From positions 53,506,001 to 53,570,000 of the forward strand of contig NC_043002.1 of the NCBI RefSeq assembly GCF_006345805.1: a DNA stretch of 64,000 bases. Direction: 5' to 3'. Position numbers and translations under genes: made by a program. Positions 12,290 to 24,549 of this stretch are shown here, one piece after another (positions within the stretch are counted from its first letter, which is position 1; each line of letters starts with the position of its first letter). The notes under the pieces are model-generated. The model saw only the letters and a list, made by a program, of their open reading frames with translations. It did no database searches and was not told the origin of the DNA. The DNA comes from Octopus sinensis (taxonomy: Eukaryota).

Positions 12290-12537
12290 CTGTATTAAGT
12301 ATACTTTCCTCCTTCCGTCTGACCATTCTGTCCGAGTCAGACGCCATGATAGATCGTTAGCCACTACACACATTTTTTTCTCTCCTTATTTCTCTCCTTG
12401 CTTTTTCTGTGTATCTTTCTGTAGAAGAGCGTAGGCTCGAAACGTTAAAGACTTTTTCTATTCCTGAGCTTTATACTAATACATCTGTTTGTTTTGTACA
12501 CCACCTGTCTTCGTCTTTTGTTTTTTTCGTAAACTTT

Positions 12538-12542
<5 letters not shown>
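12290..12542 (+). repeat. Dispersed repeat (second copy at 35240-35402) carrying a hammerhead-like motif; possibly a PLE pLTR or retroelement 3' end
   Basis: About 150 nt shared with 35250-35402: TTTCTGTAGAAGAGCGTAGGCTCG(A/G)AACGT.AAAGAC..TTCCTGAGC.TTATACTAATACATCTGTTTGTT..GTACACCACCTGTCTTCGTC. Confidence 0.8.
12414..12452 (+). ncRNA. Atypical minimal type I hammerhead-like motif
   Basis: Helix I UCUUU/AAAGA; core CUGUAGA+A (A6 changed to U, plus one extra A); helix II GAGC-GUAG-GCUC; GAAAC; loopless palindromic helix III (ACGU); NUH site GUU. Confidence 0.5.
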
Positions 12543-12578
<36 letters not shown>

Positions 12579-13746
12579 ACGTGAGGGGCAAAATCCTTCA
12601 AAGATTCAATCCCAGCAAAGAATATATAAAAATATATATTCAATATTGGTATAATCAATAAATAAAAAATAAAGAAATAAAAAATAGAAGTGTAGACGCT
12701 CTCTTAATAAAAGTTGTTACAAATCCAATAAAGGTTCCACAAGTTGTTTCCAAGCCTAGTTAAAGCCAAAACAAAGAGAAAAGATAATCCTTTTGAAATA
12801 AATTAGGCTTTTCTTCAGGAATACATTATTGGAATAAATCAGTTCGACCAAGAAAAATATAAAAACCCAGAAAAATATAAAAGCCCAGAAAGAACATACA
12901 ATTAAATTATAATAGAAGTAAATTACCCGAACGCTAGACCAATCAAATCCAGAAAACAAATTATATAATCCACTTGAGCGTTGATTAAAATAACAATTCA
13001 CAATATATAAATATTTGATAACGACATTTGCCATAACCGTCTAAACTACACATAAAGTAGATGAGACAAATAATATATTAACTACCAAGAATTATAATGT
13101 TAGCTAATTGAAAGATAAAAAAATTAAAAACCAATATATCATCTACTAAAACGTAATTAATACCATATTTCGAAGTTAATATGGTGATTTCAAATGAAGA
13201 TAAAAAGTAATTCACTTATTTACAAATGGCTACCTCGAGTAAATCAGAATAGTTTCCCTTCGATGTAAAAAAAAAAATAAATAAATAAATAAACTAAAAT
13301 GAGTTATAAATAATTTACATGAAAAATTTTTTTCCGTTTCACAATATCAGATAAACCTAAATTAAACGTCTAAAAATAACAAAAATTAAATTTAAAATTT
13401 AAAAAACATTAAAAAAAAACTTATATTACATTACATTACAAAGAGAAGAATAAATTTTCTATAATCTAACGGAGAATTATTTAATAAACACAGACTATTA
13501 CAACATAGCACTAAAGAAGGCCAGATATAAATATGAAATTAAGAACAATACAAACTACAACACTACTAAAACCATATTAAATATAATTACACAAATAATA
13601 ATGTTAAGACTAGTGACTTAAATACTTATAAAGAAACAGTATACCCTCATAACCAAATAATAAAAATTTCCAACACTAATCATAAATATAATAATCGTGT
13701 TTAACAGGCCAATTATAATAATATAAAAATTAAACTTAAGCATGTT

Positions 13747-13905
13747 GAGGAGTGGCTGCGTGGTAAGTAGCTTTCTTACCAACAACATGGCTCCGGGTTC
13801 AGTCCCACTGCGTGGGACCTTGGGCAAGTGTCCTCTACTATAGCCTCGGACCGACCAAAGCCTTTGGTAGACGAAAACTGAAAGAAGCTCGTCGTATATA
13901 TATAT

Positions 13906-13961
<56 letters not shown>

Positions 13962-14471
13962 TGGTGAAATTGATTAATCAATTAATTTTATCCTCAATTG
14001 TTGATATTATAATTCATTTCTCTCGGTCATACTGCCTCGGTTCTCGCGGTTAAAATATAATGTTTGCTAGATAGACCACGTGGGTAGAATGGGGAGTGCA
14101 GAATTTTACGCCTGCGCATTTTGAATTTGTTGACACTGTTTAGTTGGAGTGGTTCATCTGAAGCGACAAGTTCGCTGATAGGTAAAGTTCCTTCTTTTTA
14201 GTGTTTCCAAATCCAAATTAAGAAATTTTGAGCTGACGAAAGAAATGCTGATTTTATTTGGCTAATCTTGAAACGTTGACGTACTCAAACGATCTATGTA
14301 CTTGTGATATTTTTCTGTATTTACCCCCCAAACCGTCGTGAGCTGTATGGAGTAAACATTATCTGAGAGAAATTTTCTTTAAGTAGTAGAAATGCTAAGA
14401 AAATTTTTTTTGGCTGCTATTTCTACTAAGTTCAGTATGTGGCAAAGTAATTTGTTTCACTAAGCCCTAAT

Positions 14472-14518
<47 letters not shown>

Positions 14519-14675
14519 GTGTGTGTGTTGTGTGTGTGTGTGTGTTTGTTTGCGCCGATAGAATAAGTATTAGGCTTACAAAAGAATAAGTCCTGGGGTC
14601 GATTTGCTCGACTAAAGGTGGTGCTCCAGCATAGCCACAGTCAAATGACTGAAATAAGTAAAAGAGTAAAGAGTA
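13747..14675 (+). mobile_element. SINE family A split by a ~510-bp insertion in its (TA)n tract
   Basis: 5' half at 13747-13895; 3' half at about 14520-14675 with the standard tail. Confidence 0.85.
13961..14470. mobile_element. Possible mariner-derived MITE or fragment inserted in (TA)n
   Basis: Imperfect ends (TTGGTGAAAT... versus the reverse complement TTAGGGCTTAGTGAAAC), TA flanks, and a faint HTH-like YG..TLSER motif. Confidence 0.35.
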
Positions 14676-16240
14676 TTAAAACATGAATAAAATTCTTAAG
14701 AACCAAAATCATAAAAATTATTATCACCATTCTAATCACACTAATGTAAATTACCCTAAAATACTCATAGCGTAAACTGTAACTATATAATTAAAGATAA
14801 AAATAGGAACATAAAGATAGCAAAAAAAATTTAAAAACATCAGTAGCCAGAGTAAGACGTGTAACAATAATGATAAGAATAACCATAATAATAAAACTAA
14901 TAGTGACAATAAAAGCATAGTCAAAAAGAAACCAATATCATGTATGAGAAAAATGACTTTCTGAATACAAATCAATGCTCAACCAAGGTAGGGACTGATA
15001 AAACCATAAGGATAATAATTCCCCTCGCTAAACATTTAAAGACGAACTTTATAAGATCTATTAAAAATATTATGAATAAAAACTTCAAAAAATAAAAATT
15101 TCGGATTCTCAGTTACTCCCAATCTTTCCAGGATAGCATCTTTATTTAATAATAGGAAACTAGATCAATTCTATGAAAATAAAAGAAAACACAAACTGAA
15201 CATAGAACGTACAAAATTATAAACCCAGAACAAATTGGTACAATTAACAATATAAGTACTCTTAATAGCTACAACCAGTATAAATCAACAAAGTCTAGAA
15301 ATAACCCCAAATTGCCTACTCATAAAAAGTGTAATTTTAGAGCCCCAAACCCTTGTAAGTTAGACAGAAATTGTAATAGAAAAAATGTAGTATACCAAGC
15401 AACAATTATAACAAATGATTCCTCAAAATATCATTATATCTGATGTACACAAAATTGAATCAAATCAAGAATTTCGAAGCACGAATTCACCTTTAGGGAC
15501 CAAAGCAAATTAAACAGTACTGGACTCTCAAAAAATATTTGGCAACTAAAAAAAAAACCCCCCAAAAAAACAATATTGATTTCATAATTTAATGGAAAAT
15601 TCTATCAGAATCAACAATAAAATCTGTAGATTATGCCTAGAAGAAAACTATAAAACAATGAATATGGAAAGGAACCAAGTAAATACGAGGGATGAAAATG
15701 CTTTTTTCATGTAAATTCATGACAAAATTCTTTTTCACTAATCTAAGATAATATAATATTATCATCTAAAAATGTTATTTAATACTATTTAACACCACAC
15801 TGAATACTTCTTAGTAATCTAAATAACAATTAACTTTTTTGATTTAATTGTATTATCTAATGATGTTATTTAATATTATTTAATAATGATACCTGAAGTG
15901 CATGTATGCATATATGACCATAAATGTATCTTGTATCTATATATGGATATGTATGTATTTGTTTGTCTATATGCCTATTTAAATATATGTTTGTGTGTGG
16001 ATATTTATCTCAATATGCCTATATATGGATTGAAATATCTATATACGTTTGTATGTATACTAGAAAACTAGTACTTGTACACATGTATGTATATGTATGC
16101 GTATATGTAGGTGAATTTATATACATACACACACATATATATATGTATATATATATATATGTGTGTGTGGGGGGTGCATAGATGTGTATATATGTGTATG
16201 TGTGTATATATATTTACATAATATATTTTTACTTATATGT

Positions 16241-16318
16241 ATCTCTTACTCTTTTACTTTTTTACTTGTTTCAGTCATTTGACTGCGGCCATGCTGGAGC
16301 ACCACCTTTAGTCGAGCA
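16241..16318 (-). mobile_element. SINE family A 3' tail fragment
   Basis: TACTTGTTTCAGTCATTTGACTGCGGCCATGCTGGAGCACCACCTTTAGTCGAGCA. Confidence 0.85.
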
Positions 16319-16557
16319 TATGTGTATATAACTGTGCGTATGTATATGTACGTGTATATATATATATATATGTATGCGCTTGTACATCTATGCCTATATC
16401 TTTACGTTAATATGTTTGTATGTGTATCTATAATTATGCCATCATGCCTATATATGTATTGAATTATTTATAATCTTTTGTGTGTGTACGACTATATTAG
16501 CATTGGTTTATATGTATGTGTGTATTTTTGTATGTATATATATATATTATATATATA

Positions 16558-16596
<39 letters not shown>

Positions 16597-16929
16597 TGTG
16601 TGTGTGTGTGTACGCATATATATATAAATGTTTTAATTTGTATGTATCAATGAGTATGTAACTGATCGTATGTATATGTTTGCATATATATATGAGTGTC
16701 TATGCATATCTATATACTTTTTTACCTGCATGTATATATGCATGTGTATATATGTATATCATAATCATTTTTTGTGCTTATATATCTGTATGTACCCATC
16801 CATGCACATTATTACCCATAGTATATATATGCACTTAATTTAATATTTTGTATTGTACTTCCAATTGTAAAATGTGCATATTTTGCATATGCATAAAATC
16901 AATGTGCGTGTTGTGCAGCCGGGTATATT

Positions 16930-17485
16930 TGCAGTGTCAAATTAATCTCCGAACTGGAGGCGATCCAACGAGGCAACACGAAGAAGATAGCTTCTGTGCA
17001 GCATATAAGCTATTGGGAAAGACTCAAGAGATTAGGACTCTATTCCTTAGAGCGTAGGCGAGAAAGATATGCCATAATATACATCTAGAAGATCCTGGAA
17101 GGACTTGTCCCAAACTTTGGCTTCGAGAGTTACACAAATTCTAGAACTGGGCGCCACTGCATAGTGCCAAGGACTTCAAATTTGCCATCAAGATGTAGGA
17201 CAAGATACTGTGATAGCCTGGACTTCAGAGGTCCACTGCTCTTCAATATCCTCCCGAAGGACCTGAGATACCTGTATGGGGTGGATGCTGATGTCTTTAA
17301 AATAAAGCTGGACCTCTTCCTGATGAACCAACGTCACGGCAGGAGGTGCAGATGAGGGCAGCTGCATCAAACTCTCTCATGCACCAAATGTCAACTGCTA
17401 AAAAGCATTCCTGAAGTAAAATCATGTAGCAACACCGAATGGTGGTGCCCCAGAATGGCCACAGCTCGTGAGCTGAAGCTAGATA
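16930..17485 (+). mobile_element. 3' end of a CR1-group LINE (post-RT region and 3' UTR)
   Basis: KLISELEAIQR..SYWERLKRLGLYSLERRRERYAIIYI*KILEGLVPN..RGPLLFNILPKDLR..FKIKLDLFL matches the typical CR1 C-terminus. Confidence 0.85.
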
Positions 17486-17859
17486 ATTTTTTTTTAAATT
17501 TTAAATAAAATATAAAATATATATAAATATATATGAAAAATATTTATTAAAGAATAATAAAAAGTTTATAATATTAAAAAAAATTATCAAGCTATAAATT
17601 ATCCAAATCATGGGGTTAAAAAATAAATTAAGAACTTATCTAATGAATACTTATATTGTTTATTAAAGTAGAATAAAATTATATCCAAATCTAAAAAATA
17701 TCACTGGAAGGAATTTACTTAAATGCAAAACAAAACATAATGGCAATTTTGAAAACCAAAAAGAAAAGCAAAAAATGAAAGAGGAATCTACTTAAGTAGT
17801 AAATATAAAGGATGAAATTGTGATTATCAAACTCTCAAAGACCGGTTAATAAAATAAAA

Positions 17860-19975
17860 TAAAACGCCTATAATAGACTTACTAATTTAAAATTGTTGAC
17901 ACATTTATTCCTATGAACACACATACACACAAAAATTCTTTCAGATTTGGAATTTAATAGTTTTCTTCAAGAAAATAAAATCAAAAATAATTCCTCTGAA
18001 CAAAGAGAACAGAACCTACTAACGATTTTATAAACTGGAGCCGTCCTTAAAATGTTTCATTCAATAAAGAACTTACCAGATGAAATTACTAAGTCTAATA
18101 TATGAAGCCCTATTTCTGTTCCTAATGGTATGGTAATGATTAGAAACCCTTTTCTTAATATAATTAGCAGAAGAACCAATGTAAAAGTAATCATTACCCT
18201 CAGAAATGACTTTAGCTTGAACTATTTCTCTCGTTTACGAAAATTTCCAAATAAACATTTCTCTTTGTTTCTACACTCACAAAGGGAATTTCCACCTCTA
18301 ATTCAGCCGTCAACAATTGAATTATTATTGAGCAAAAACCTATCCTCCTCATTATTATTAAAACTTTATATTAGAATCAAAACCATCAATACCACCCTTG
18401 CTATTGGAAACATCAATAATATTGGCACCCGTGGAAGTGATCTCGCTATCATTAACTGAGCTATCACGAAGATAAAAAGCAGATAATTTCTTTTCATTAA
18501 TAGAAAAAAATAATCTGAGATAAATTCCGATAGACCGAATAAGCAACCTCAATAGATTTCGAATTCAAAATCTCATAGTATCTCTTTTTTTATTCAAATA
18601 TTTCAGAAACAATTTATAAACAACGCCAACTAAGTTACTTTTTAATTGATCGGCATATGGAATAATATACCATAAAATAATATACCATAAAATTTAGTCC
18701 AAAACAAAATTAGAATGACTTAAATTATTAACCTTATAGACCAACGTAGAATTATAACCTCTTAGGACGTAATTATATTTATATTTATGATCATTAGTAA
18801 CTAGAATTAAAGGATTATTCTCTTTGTTCTTATGTGCACTTCCAGATTCATATTTACCCTTCCGTTTAGATTTGGAATATTTAAAATCCAATCCATAACC
18901 ATTATTAGTAAGCTTCAATTTATCAGTATAATAAGGGTTAGAAATATCAAGATATTCAATTTTCCTATTGTAACCAGCCTTATTAAAGGCTATATTATAT
19001 TAATGAGCATGCTTATCAAAACCTCCTTACAAGAAAAGGCAGAACTTTTCCTAGAAATATAGTAAATTAGAAAATTTTTGACACAGCCTAGATTATTACT
19101 TTCAGAATTATTATATTTCAGATTAGAGCTAGGCTTATGATAAGGCTCGTAAATACCAGTAATCAAAAAAAATTGACATCGAAGAAGTTAATAGATTTAC
19201 TATGAAGAACGATAAACCGAAACTAAATTTTAAAAAAACAGTGAAACGTCTTTCTATATAGATCCAATTTCCTACTAGAAATATTCTTAACGGTGAACAA
19301 AGAGTCATCTCGGTATAAACCACCAGCAAGCTCCGGAAACTTACTCCCTAACTTAAACAGAATGTAAATACCTACTATATCTGTAACCTGAGCGGAATCT
19401 GACGCTCCCATAGGAATATCAAAACCGTCATAACTATCCTTTTTAATTCAAAACTTATTCTCAAATTCAATGACGGATCTTCTGGCTGCTAATATGATAT
19501 TAATTTCATCTATACTTAAGTCAGAACTCCTCTTAGCAAATATTAGGGCCTTATTTAAAACTACTTGATTAATCGAAAAATAATAACTATTAATATTTAT
19601 CCGAACAAACCTATACCTACACTTATTCTCAATTTTTTAAAATCAATCAATAACCTCAATATCTTGTGAATTGTTATTTTAGTCAAAGTGGATTTTTGTA
19701 TATATATTTTTCTTGGTTGTGATCGGTTTGGCGTTCGGGTAATTTCCTTCTATCAGAATTTAATTGTTTGTTCCTTTCTAGTCTACTAAAGGTCTTTATA
19801 TTTTCCTTTGTGGAACTCATTCATTCCAATAATGAATTCCTGAAGAAAAGCTTAATTTCTTTCGTTTTGTTTTGAATTTAATTAGGCTTGAAAACAACTT
19901 GTAGAATCTTTATTAGATTTGTACCAACTTTGTATTATAAGATCGTCTACGCTTGTATGTTTTTCCTTTCCATAT
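17860..19975 (-). mobile_element. Penelope-like element with RT and GIY-YIG endonuclease, decayed
   Basis: RT: DINSYY.SI..LNKALIFA, PMGASDSAQVTDIVG, GGLYRDD (YRDD at 19304-19315), AFNKAGY. Endonuclease at about 17890-18280: CECRNKEKC..FYIGSSAN..KRVSNH..LSNFIW..FCSLCSEE..CVHRNK. Confidence 0.9.
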
Positions 19976-20222
19976 ATATATATATATATATATATATGTG
20001 TTTGAGTAGAAAAATGAAATATCTTTTTATGGATAATTCGTTTAACCGATACCTGGGTAGCAAATTCACATCAGAAATAACACGATTGAAGTTACGTGCC
20101 TAGGGCAGAGACTACGTGTTTTCGTGTGGAAATTTGTGTGTATTTTTATAAAATTTATGCGCTCCGTGAGAGCAGTCATCTAAAAGTCTTTGTGAATCTT
20201 GATGTTGACATAAATTCCTTGT

Positions 20223-20305
20223 TTTTCCTGATGAGAAAGCGGCATAATGTACTCCTTATTCCTTCACAATTAGGAATATGCAGCCTTCGAAACATATGTC
20301 GAAAA
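20223..20305 (+). ncRNA. Type I hammerhead ribozyme motif
   Basis: Helix I UUUUC/GAAAA; CUGAUGA at 20228-20234; helix II 20235-20246 with 20277-20288 (10 of 12 pairs); GAAA at 20289-20292; palindromic helix III ACAUAUGU; GUC site, with cleavage predicted after 20300. Confidence 0.8.
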
Positions 20306-20354
20306 TAAAGGAAATTTGTTAATTTGTCGTTCAACTCCATTCTTTCATTTATTC

Positions 20355-20386
<32 letters not shown>

Positions 20387-20463
20387 CACATTCTTCAGTC
20401 TGACAAACAGTTAACGATGAGATAAATATCACATAGAAATACGTCTCTGTGTCAAGGATGATA

Positions 20464-21736
20464 TTAGGTTCTCAAGAAACTACTTCCGGAGTTTTCTATT
20501 CTGGTTTTAAATGATGTATTTTCAAATTAACTTTCGTTGAATTACTTTGACTTTATATATCATTTTAAATCCCGTTTTTCGTTCTATCTAATCATGTTAT
20601 TCTTTTTCTTTTTGAAAAAATAGGCCATTTTTTCCGGAACGTTGAATACAACATGGACAAAAGCAAATTCGCACAGTTTTCTTATTCCATTTCAAGCTAG
20701 GCCGAAGAGCTGCTGAAACAGCTCGCGATATCAATGATGCATTTGGTCCAGGAACCACTAATGAAACTACAGCACAATGGTGGTTCAAGAAATTTCGTAG
20801 CGATGACGAGAGTCTTGAGGATGATAAGTGTGTAGTAGTCGGTCATCGGATGTTGACAACGATCAACTAAGAGCCTTTGTGGAAGCCAATTCACGCACAA
20901 CTGTTCGAGAGCTTGCTTCTCTATTAGACGTAACGTATACGACAATTTCCAACCACTTGAAAGAGATTGGAAAAAACAAAAATACTTGAGAAATGGGCAC
21001 CGCACGAATTGAACAACAAAAAAACGCTGTTTTGAAATGTCTTCTTCCTTCTTCAACGCAACAAGAACGACCTGTTTCTCGACCGGATTGTTGCGATGAA
21101 AAGTGGATTCTTTGCGACAACCGACGACGCTCAGCTCAGTGGTTTGACGCCGACGAAGCTCCACGGCACATCTCGAAGCCAAAGTTGCACCAAAAGAAGG
21201 TCATGGTGACTTTGGTGGTCTGCGGCCGGTCTCATCCATCACAGCTTTTTGGATCCAGACGAAACAATTACGGCGGAGAAGTACTGCCAGCAAATGGATG
21301 AAATGAATAAGAAAGTCCGACAACAGCCAGCATTGGTCAATAGAAAAGGACCAATTCTTCTCCACGACAACGCTCGGCCACACGTCACACAACTGACCCG
21401 GCAGAAGTTGAACGAATCAGGCTACGAAACTCTGCCTCATCCGCCATACTTACCAGACCTCTTGCCTGCTGACTACCACTTTTTCAAGCATCTTGACCAC
21501 TTCCTGCGTGAGAAATGCTTCAAAAACCAAGACGATGCCAAACACGCCTTCAACGACTTCATTGACACCAGAACGCAGGATTTTTGCGCTACTGGCATAA
21601 ATACATTTGATTCGCGTTAGCAAAAGTGTGTTGATTTTGATGTTGTTTATTTCGATTAATAAAGTTTTGTTTGAGCCGAGATATGTGCATCTGAATTTAA
21701 AGGTTAAAAACCGCAAGAACTTTCTTGACAACCAAA
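20464..21736 (+). mobile_element. Full-length mariner (DD34D) transposon with a frameshifted transposase
   Basis: TIRs TTAGGTTCTCAAGAAACTACTTCCGG and (reverse complement) TTTGGTTGTCAAGAAAGTTCTTGCGG; TA on both sides; length 1273 bp. ATG at 20653. Motifs GRRAAETARDINDAFG, WFKKF, DEKW, HDNARPH, HPPYLPDLLPADYHFF. Several frameshifts. Confidence 0.95.
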
Positions 21737-22571
21737 TACAATCGAGTAAAAATCGTTAAATACAGAGTTCTAGCATCACCGCAGTCCATTCACTGAAACC
21801 ATTAATAGAATAAATACAGAAAAAGGAAAATTAATAAATGAATGAGGTCAGAAGAATTTTGAAGCCTAAATGGTATTGTTTAATTTTTTTTTGAAGTGAA
21901 AAAAGCTTTTCAAGGACGTTCAATGCAAAATTACAGACTAGCTTTCAATAAATCCAAGGAACAATTACGTAACACATAATGAAGTATTAACAAAGAATAA
22001 GATTTTAATCATTCGCCAGATGAGCAGATGTATAATTTCTTTTCAGCATGAAAGAGCTAACGATCTGTTACATCAGCTTTATAGTGCGCAGAGTATGAAA
22101 GAATAAAACAGGTTTCCAATATTGATGTACCGGAAATCGATGCATAGAGAAAAGGATGAAAATCTGAATGTATTTTAATTTTAGTCTTTGTTGTTGCCGC
22201 TTAGACTCAGGTTAGCTATGATTGATCAAACTTATGATGGAATATCTTCCATCTGTGGTCATCCCTTCTTTGTTATGCATAGTTCATATAACACAACGTC
22301 ATCGAACGTATTGTTCGTAATTTACGACAAAAAAGATACGTAGAGTTTGATTTGGGGATGGGAATTATTATTTCTGGTAGATCGAACGATCGTTTAAAAG
22401 TCTCCCGTTAGCGAAAAACATACCACGAAGTTTTGCCAATTCCGTCCTTGATATTTTCGTAATTTCCTTTTATAGTACAAGATATCTTTTACTTCAAACT
22501 AATATCCAAGAATACTCGTTAACTTTTATCGATATCTCATAACTTAAGTCATTAACTAATGAGATATTGAT

Positions 22572-22786
22572 TTCAAATTTTGTCGCAAGGCCAGCAGTTT
22601 TGGGGGGAGGGTTTAGTCGATTACATCGGCTCCCAGTGATAAACTGGGACTTATTTTATCGACCCTGAAAGAATGAAAGGCAAAGTTGACCTCGGTGGAA
22701 TTTGAACTCAGAATGTAATCACGGACGAAATATCGCTAAGCATTTTGCACGGTATACTAATGCCTCAACCAGCCCACCGCTTTTTC
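22572..22786 (-). mobile_element. tRNA-derived SINE family B with an 18-bp target-site duplication
   Basis: TSD AACTAATGAGATATTGAT at 22554-22571 and 22787-22804. B-box-like GAGTTCAAATTCC on the minus strand. Confidence 0.85.
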
Positions 22787-23363
22787 AACTAATGAGATAT
22801 TGATGTTGAAACTATTGAGGAAAAACAGCTGCAATATTCATGTTTGTTTTTTTATTATCACGATCGATGGACATCCTTCCTTTGGTATTTGGAATGTCGA
22901 TAAACGTGTGAAAACGCCAAGGAAATCAACACCGAGACCAAAATCCAATTTATCGAAAACTATCTGAAATTCGTACTGTTGTATTACAACCTTACTGTAT
23001 ATACAATTATTAAAGACAAGCCGCAAAGCTTTATAGGAGAACAAAGCAGTATGATATTATTGGATGGAAGCTTTCATTCAAATGTCTCCTAACTAGAAAT
23101 AAAAGAGACAAACTAATAGTAGTCTACGTATCTAATAGAACTTATTTTGACACTCTGAAGATTGCCTTAAATGAAGAGCAGTCTATTTCTTCATATTTAT
23201 TTTTTAATCAGTGGGCTGGAAGAGAGAAAGTACATCTGTCAGTATAGGTGACGTTTAAGGTCCCACAGGAAATATTTAGGTTGATTCTTACTGCAGATAA
23301 TGTCGGTAGATTATTGCAGTTTTAGACCTAATCAAGCTCTGGCCGAACGTACATATTTTTAAG

Positions 23364-23440
<77 letters not shown>

Positions 23441-23443
<3 letters not shown>

Positions 23444-23790
23444 TCCACTGCGTGGCATCTTGGGCAAGTGTCTTCTGCTATAGCGCCGGGCCGACCAATG
23501 CCTTGCGAGTGGATTTGGTAGACGGAAACTGAAAGAAGCCTGTCGTATATATGTATATATATATATGTATGTGTGTGTGTTTGTGTGTCTGTGTTTGTCC
23601 CCCTAGCATTGCTTGACAACCGATGCTGGTGTGTTTACGTCCCCGTCACTTTGCGGTTCGGCAAAAGAGACCGATAGAATAAGTACTGGGCTTACAAAGA
23701 ATAAGTCCTGGGGTCGATTTGCTCGACTAAAGGCGGTGCTCCAGCATGGCCACAGTCAAATGACTGAAACAAGTAAAAGAGTAAAAGAGT
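23441..23790 (+). mobile_element. SINE family A, slightly 5'-truncated
   Basis: Body and tail nearly identical to 3439-3922. Confidence 0.9.
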
Positions 23791-23815
23791 ATATATATAT
23801 ATATATATATATATA

Positions 23816-24026
23816 CAGGGTGGTCCAAAAACAGGTTTACAGTTATTCAACTATCTCTTTTGCATTCATATATTAACAGTTTAGACCTTAATTATAAAAA
23901 AATGAAACCATTATTCTATGTGAATTTAGTTTATTGTAAGATAGAAATTTAAATGTAATAAAATGTTTCGAAAGAAATTTAAAGTGCCTACGTGAATTAC
24001 AGTAAACCTACTTTTGGGCCACCCTG
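23816..24026. mobile_element. 211-bp Tc1/mariner-type MITE
   Basis: TIRs CAGGGTGGTCCAAAAACAGGTTTAC and (reverse complement) CAGGGTGGCCCAAAAGTAGGTTTAC, in a TA context. Confidence 0.85.
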
Positions 24027-24039
24027 TGTATATATAGAT

Positions 24040-24328
24040 AATGGACTCTCCCGTCGAAGACAACATATAAGCGTCCAGCTTTTACCGAACAACCTGAACA
24101 AATAACTTGTTTATAATGATCAAATGTTCTGCACGAACATTAGCTCAAATCTCTCCATCAAATTGACTTTGTCCGAAAAGGTGCCAGGTTTGCCACGCAT
24201 CAAGTGTTCATGTGATCGCAGAGCGACGTGAGAGGAAGTGTTTTGCTCAAGAACACAACGCGCTAACCGATCTAGGAATTGAAATCACGAGCGCTAGAGC
24301 AACACCCTAACCACTAAGCCATGCAGCC
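24040..24328 (-). mobile_element. tRNA-derived SINE family C, degenerate
   Basis: AAGTGTTTTGCTCAAGAACACAAC...CACCCTAACCACTAAGCCATG. Related copies at 25815-25985 (+) and 58585-58775 (-). Confidence 0.65.
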
Positions 24329-24335
24329 GCAATAT

Positions 24336-24394
<59 letters not shown>

Positions 24395-24549
24395 CAATGC
24401 ACCCCGGCGTTACCCAGTTGCTATGACCTACAACCACATTTTATTATTGCTTCTTTTCTTATGGGCCGAATGGGTATGCGAGAAGCATGAAGCAAACAAC
24501 TCTTCTTTATAAACATGTTTTTCGGTCATTTTATGATGAACAACGCTGC

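Larger units (their letters stand above)
12690..15760 (+). mobile_element. Penelope-like element, internally deleted and split by a nested SINE (13747-14675)
   Basis: 12690-13040 is homologous to 19650-19975 (minus). Thumb-end motif YYNIALKKARY near 13490-13530. GIY-YIG domain at about 15330-15740: CNFR..CKL..NCNRKNVVYQA..HYIWCT..STGLSKNIWQLK..WKILS..CRLCLEE. Confidence 0.8.

Noticed and set aside
20105-20200. Minus-strand CGAAAACACGTAGTC resembling the 3' half of a hammerhead
   Set aside because: No CUGANGA or helix II partner found upstream.
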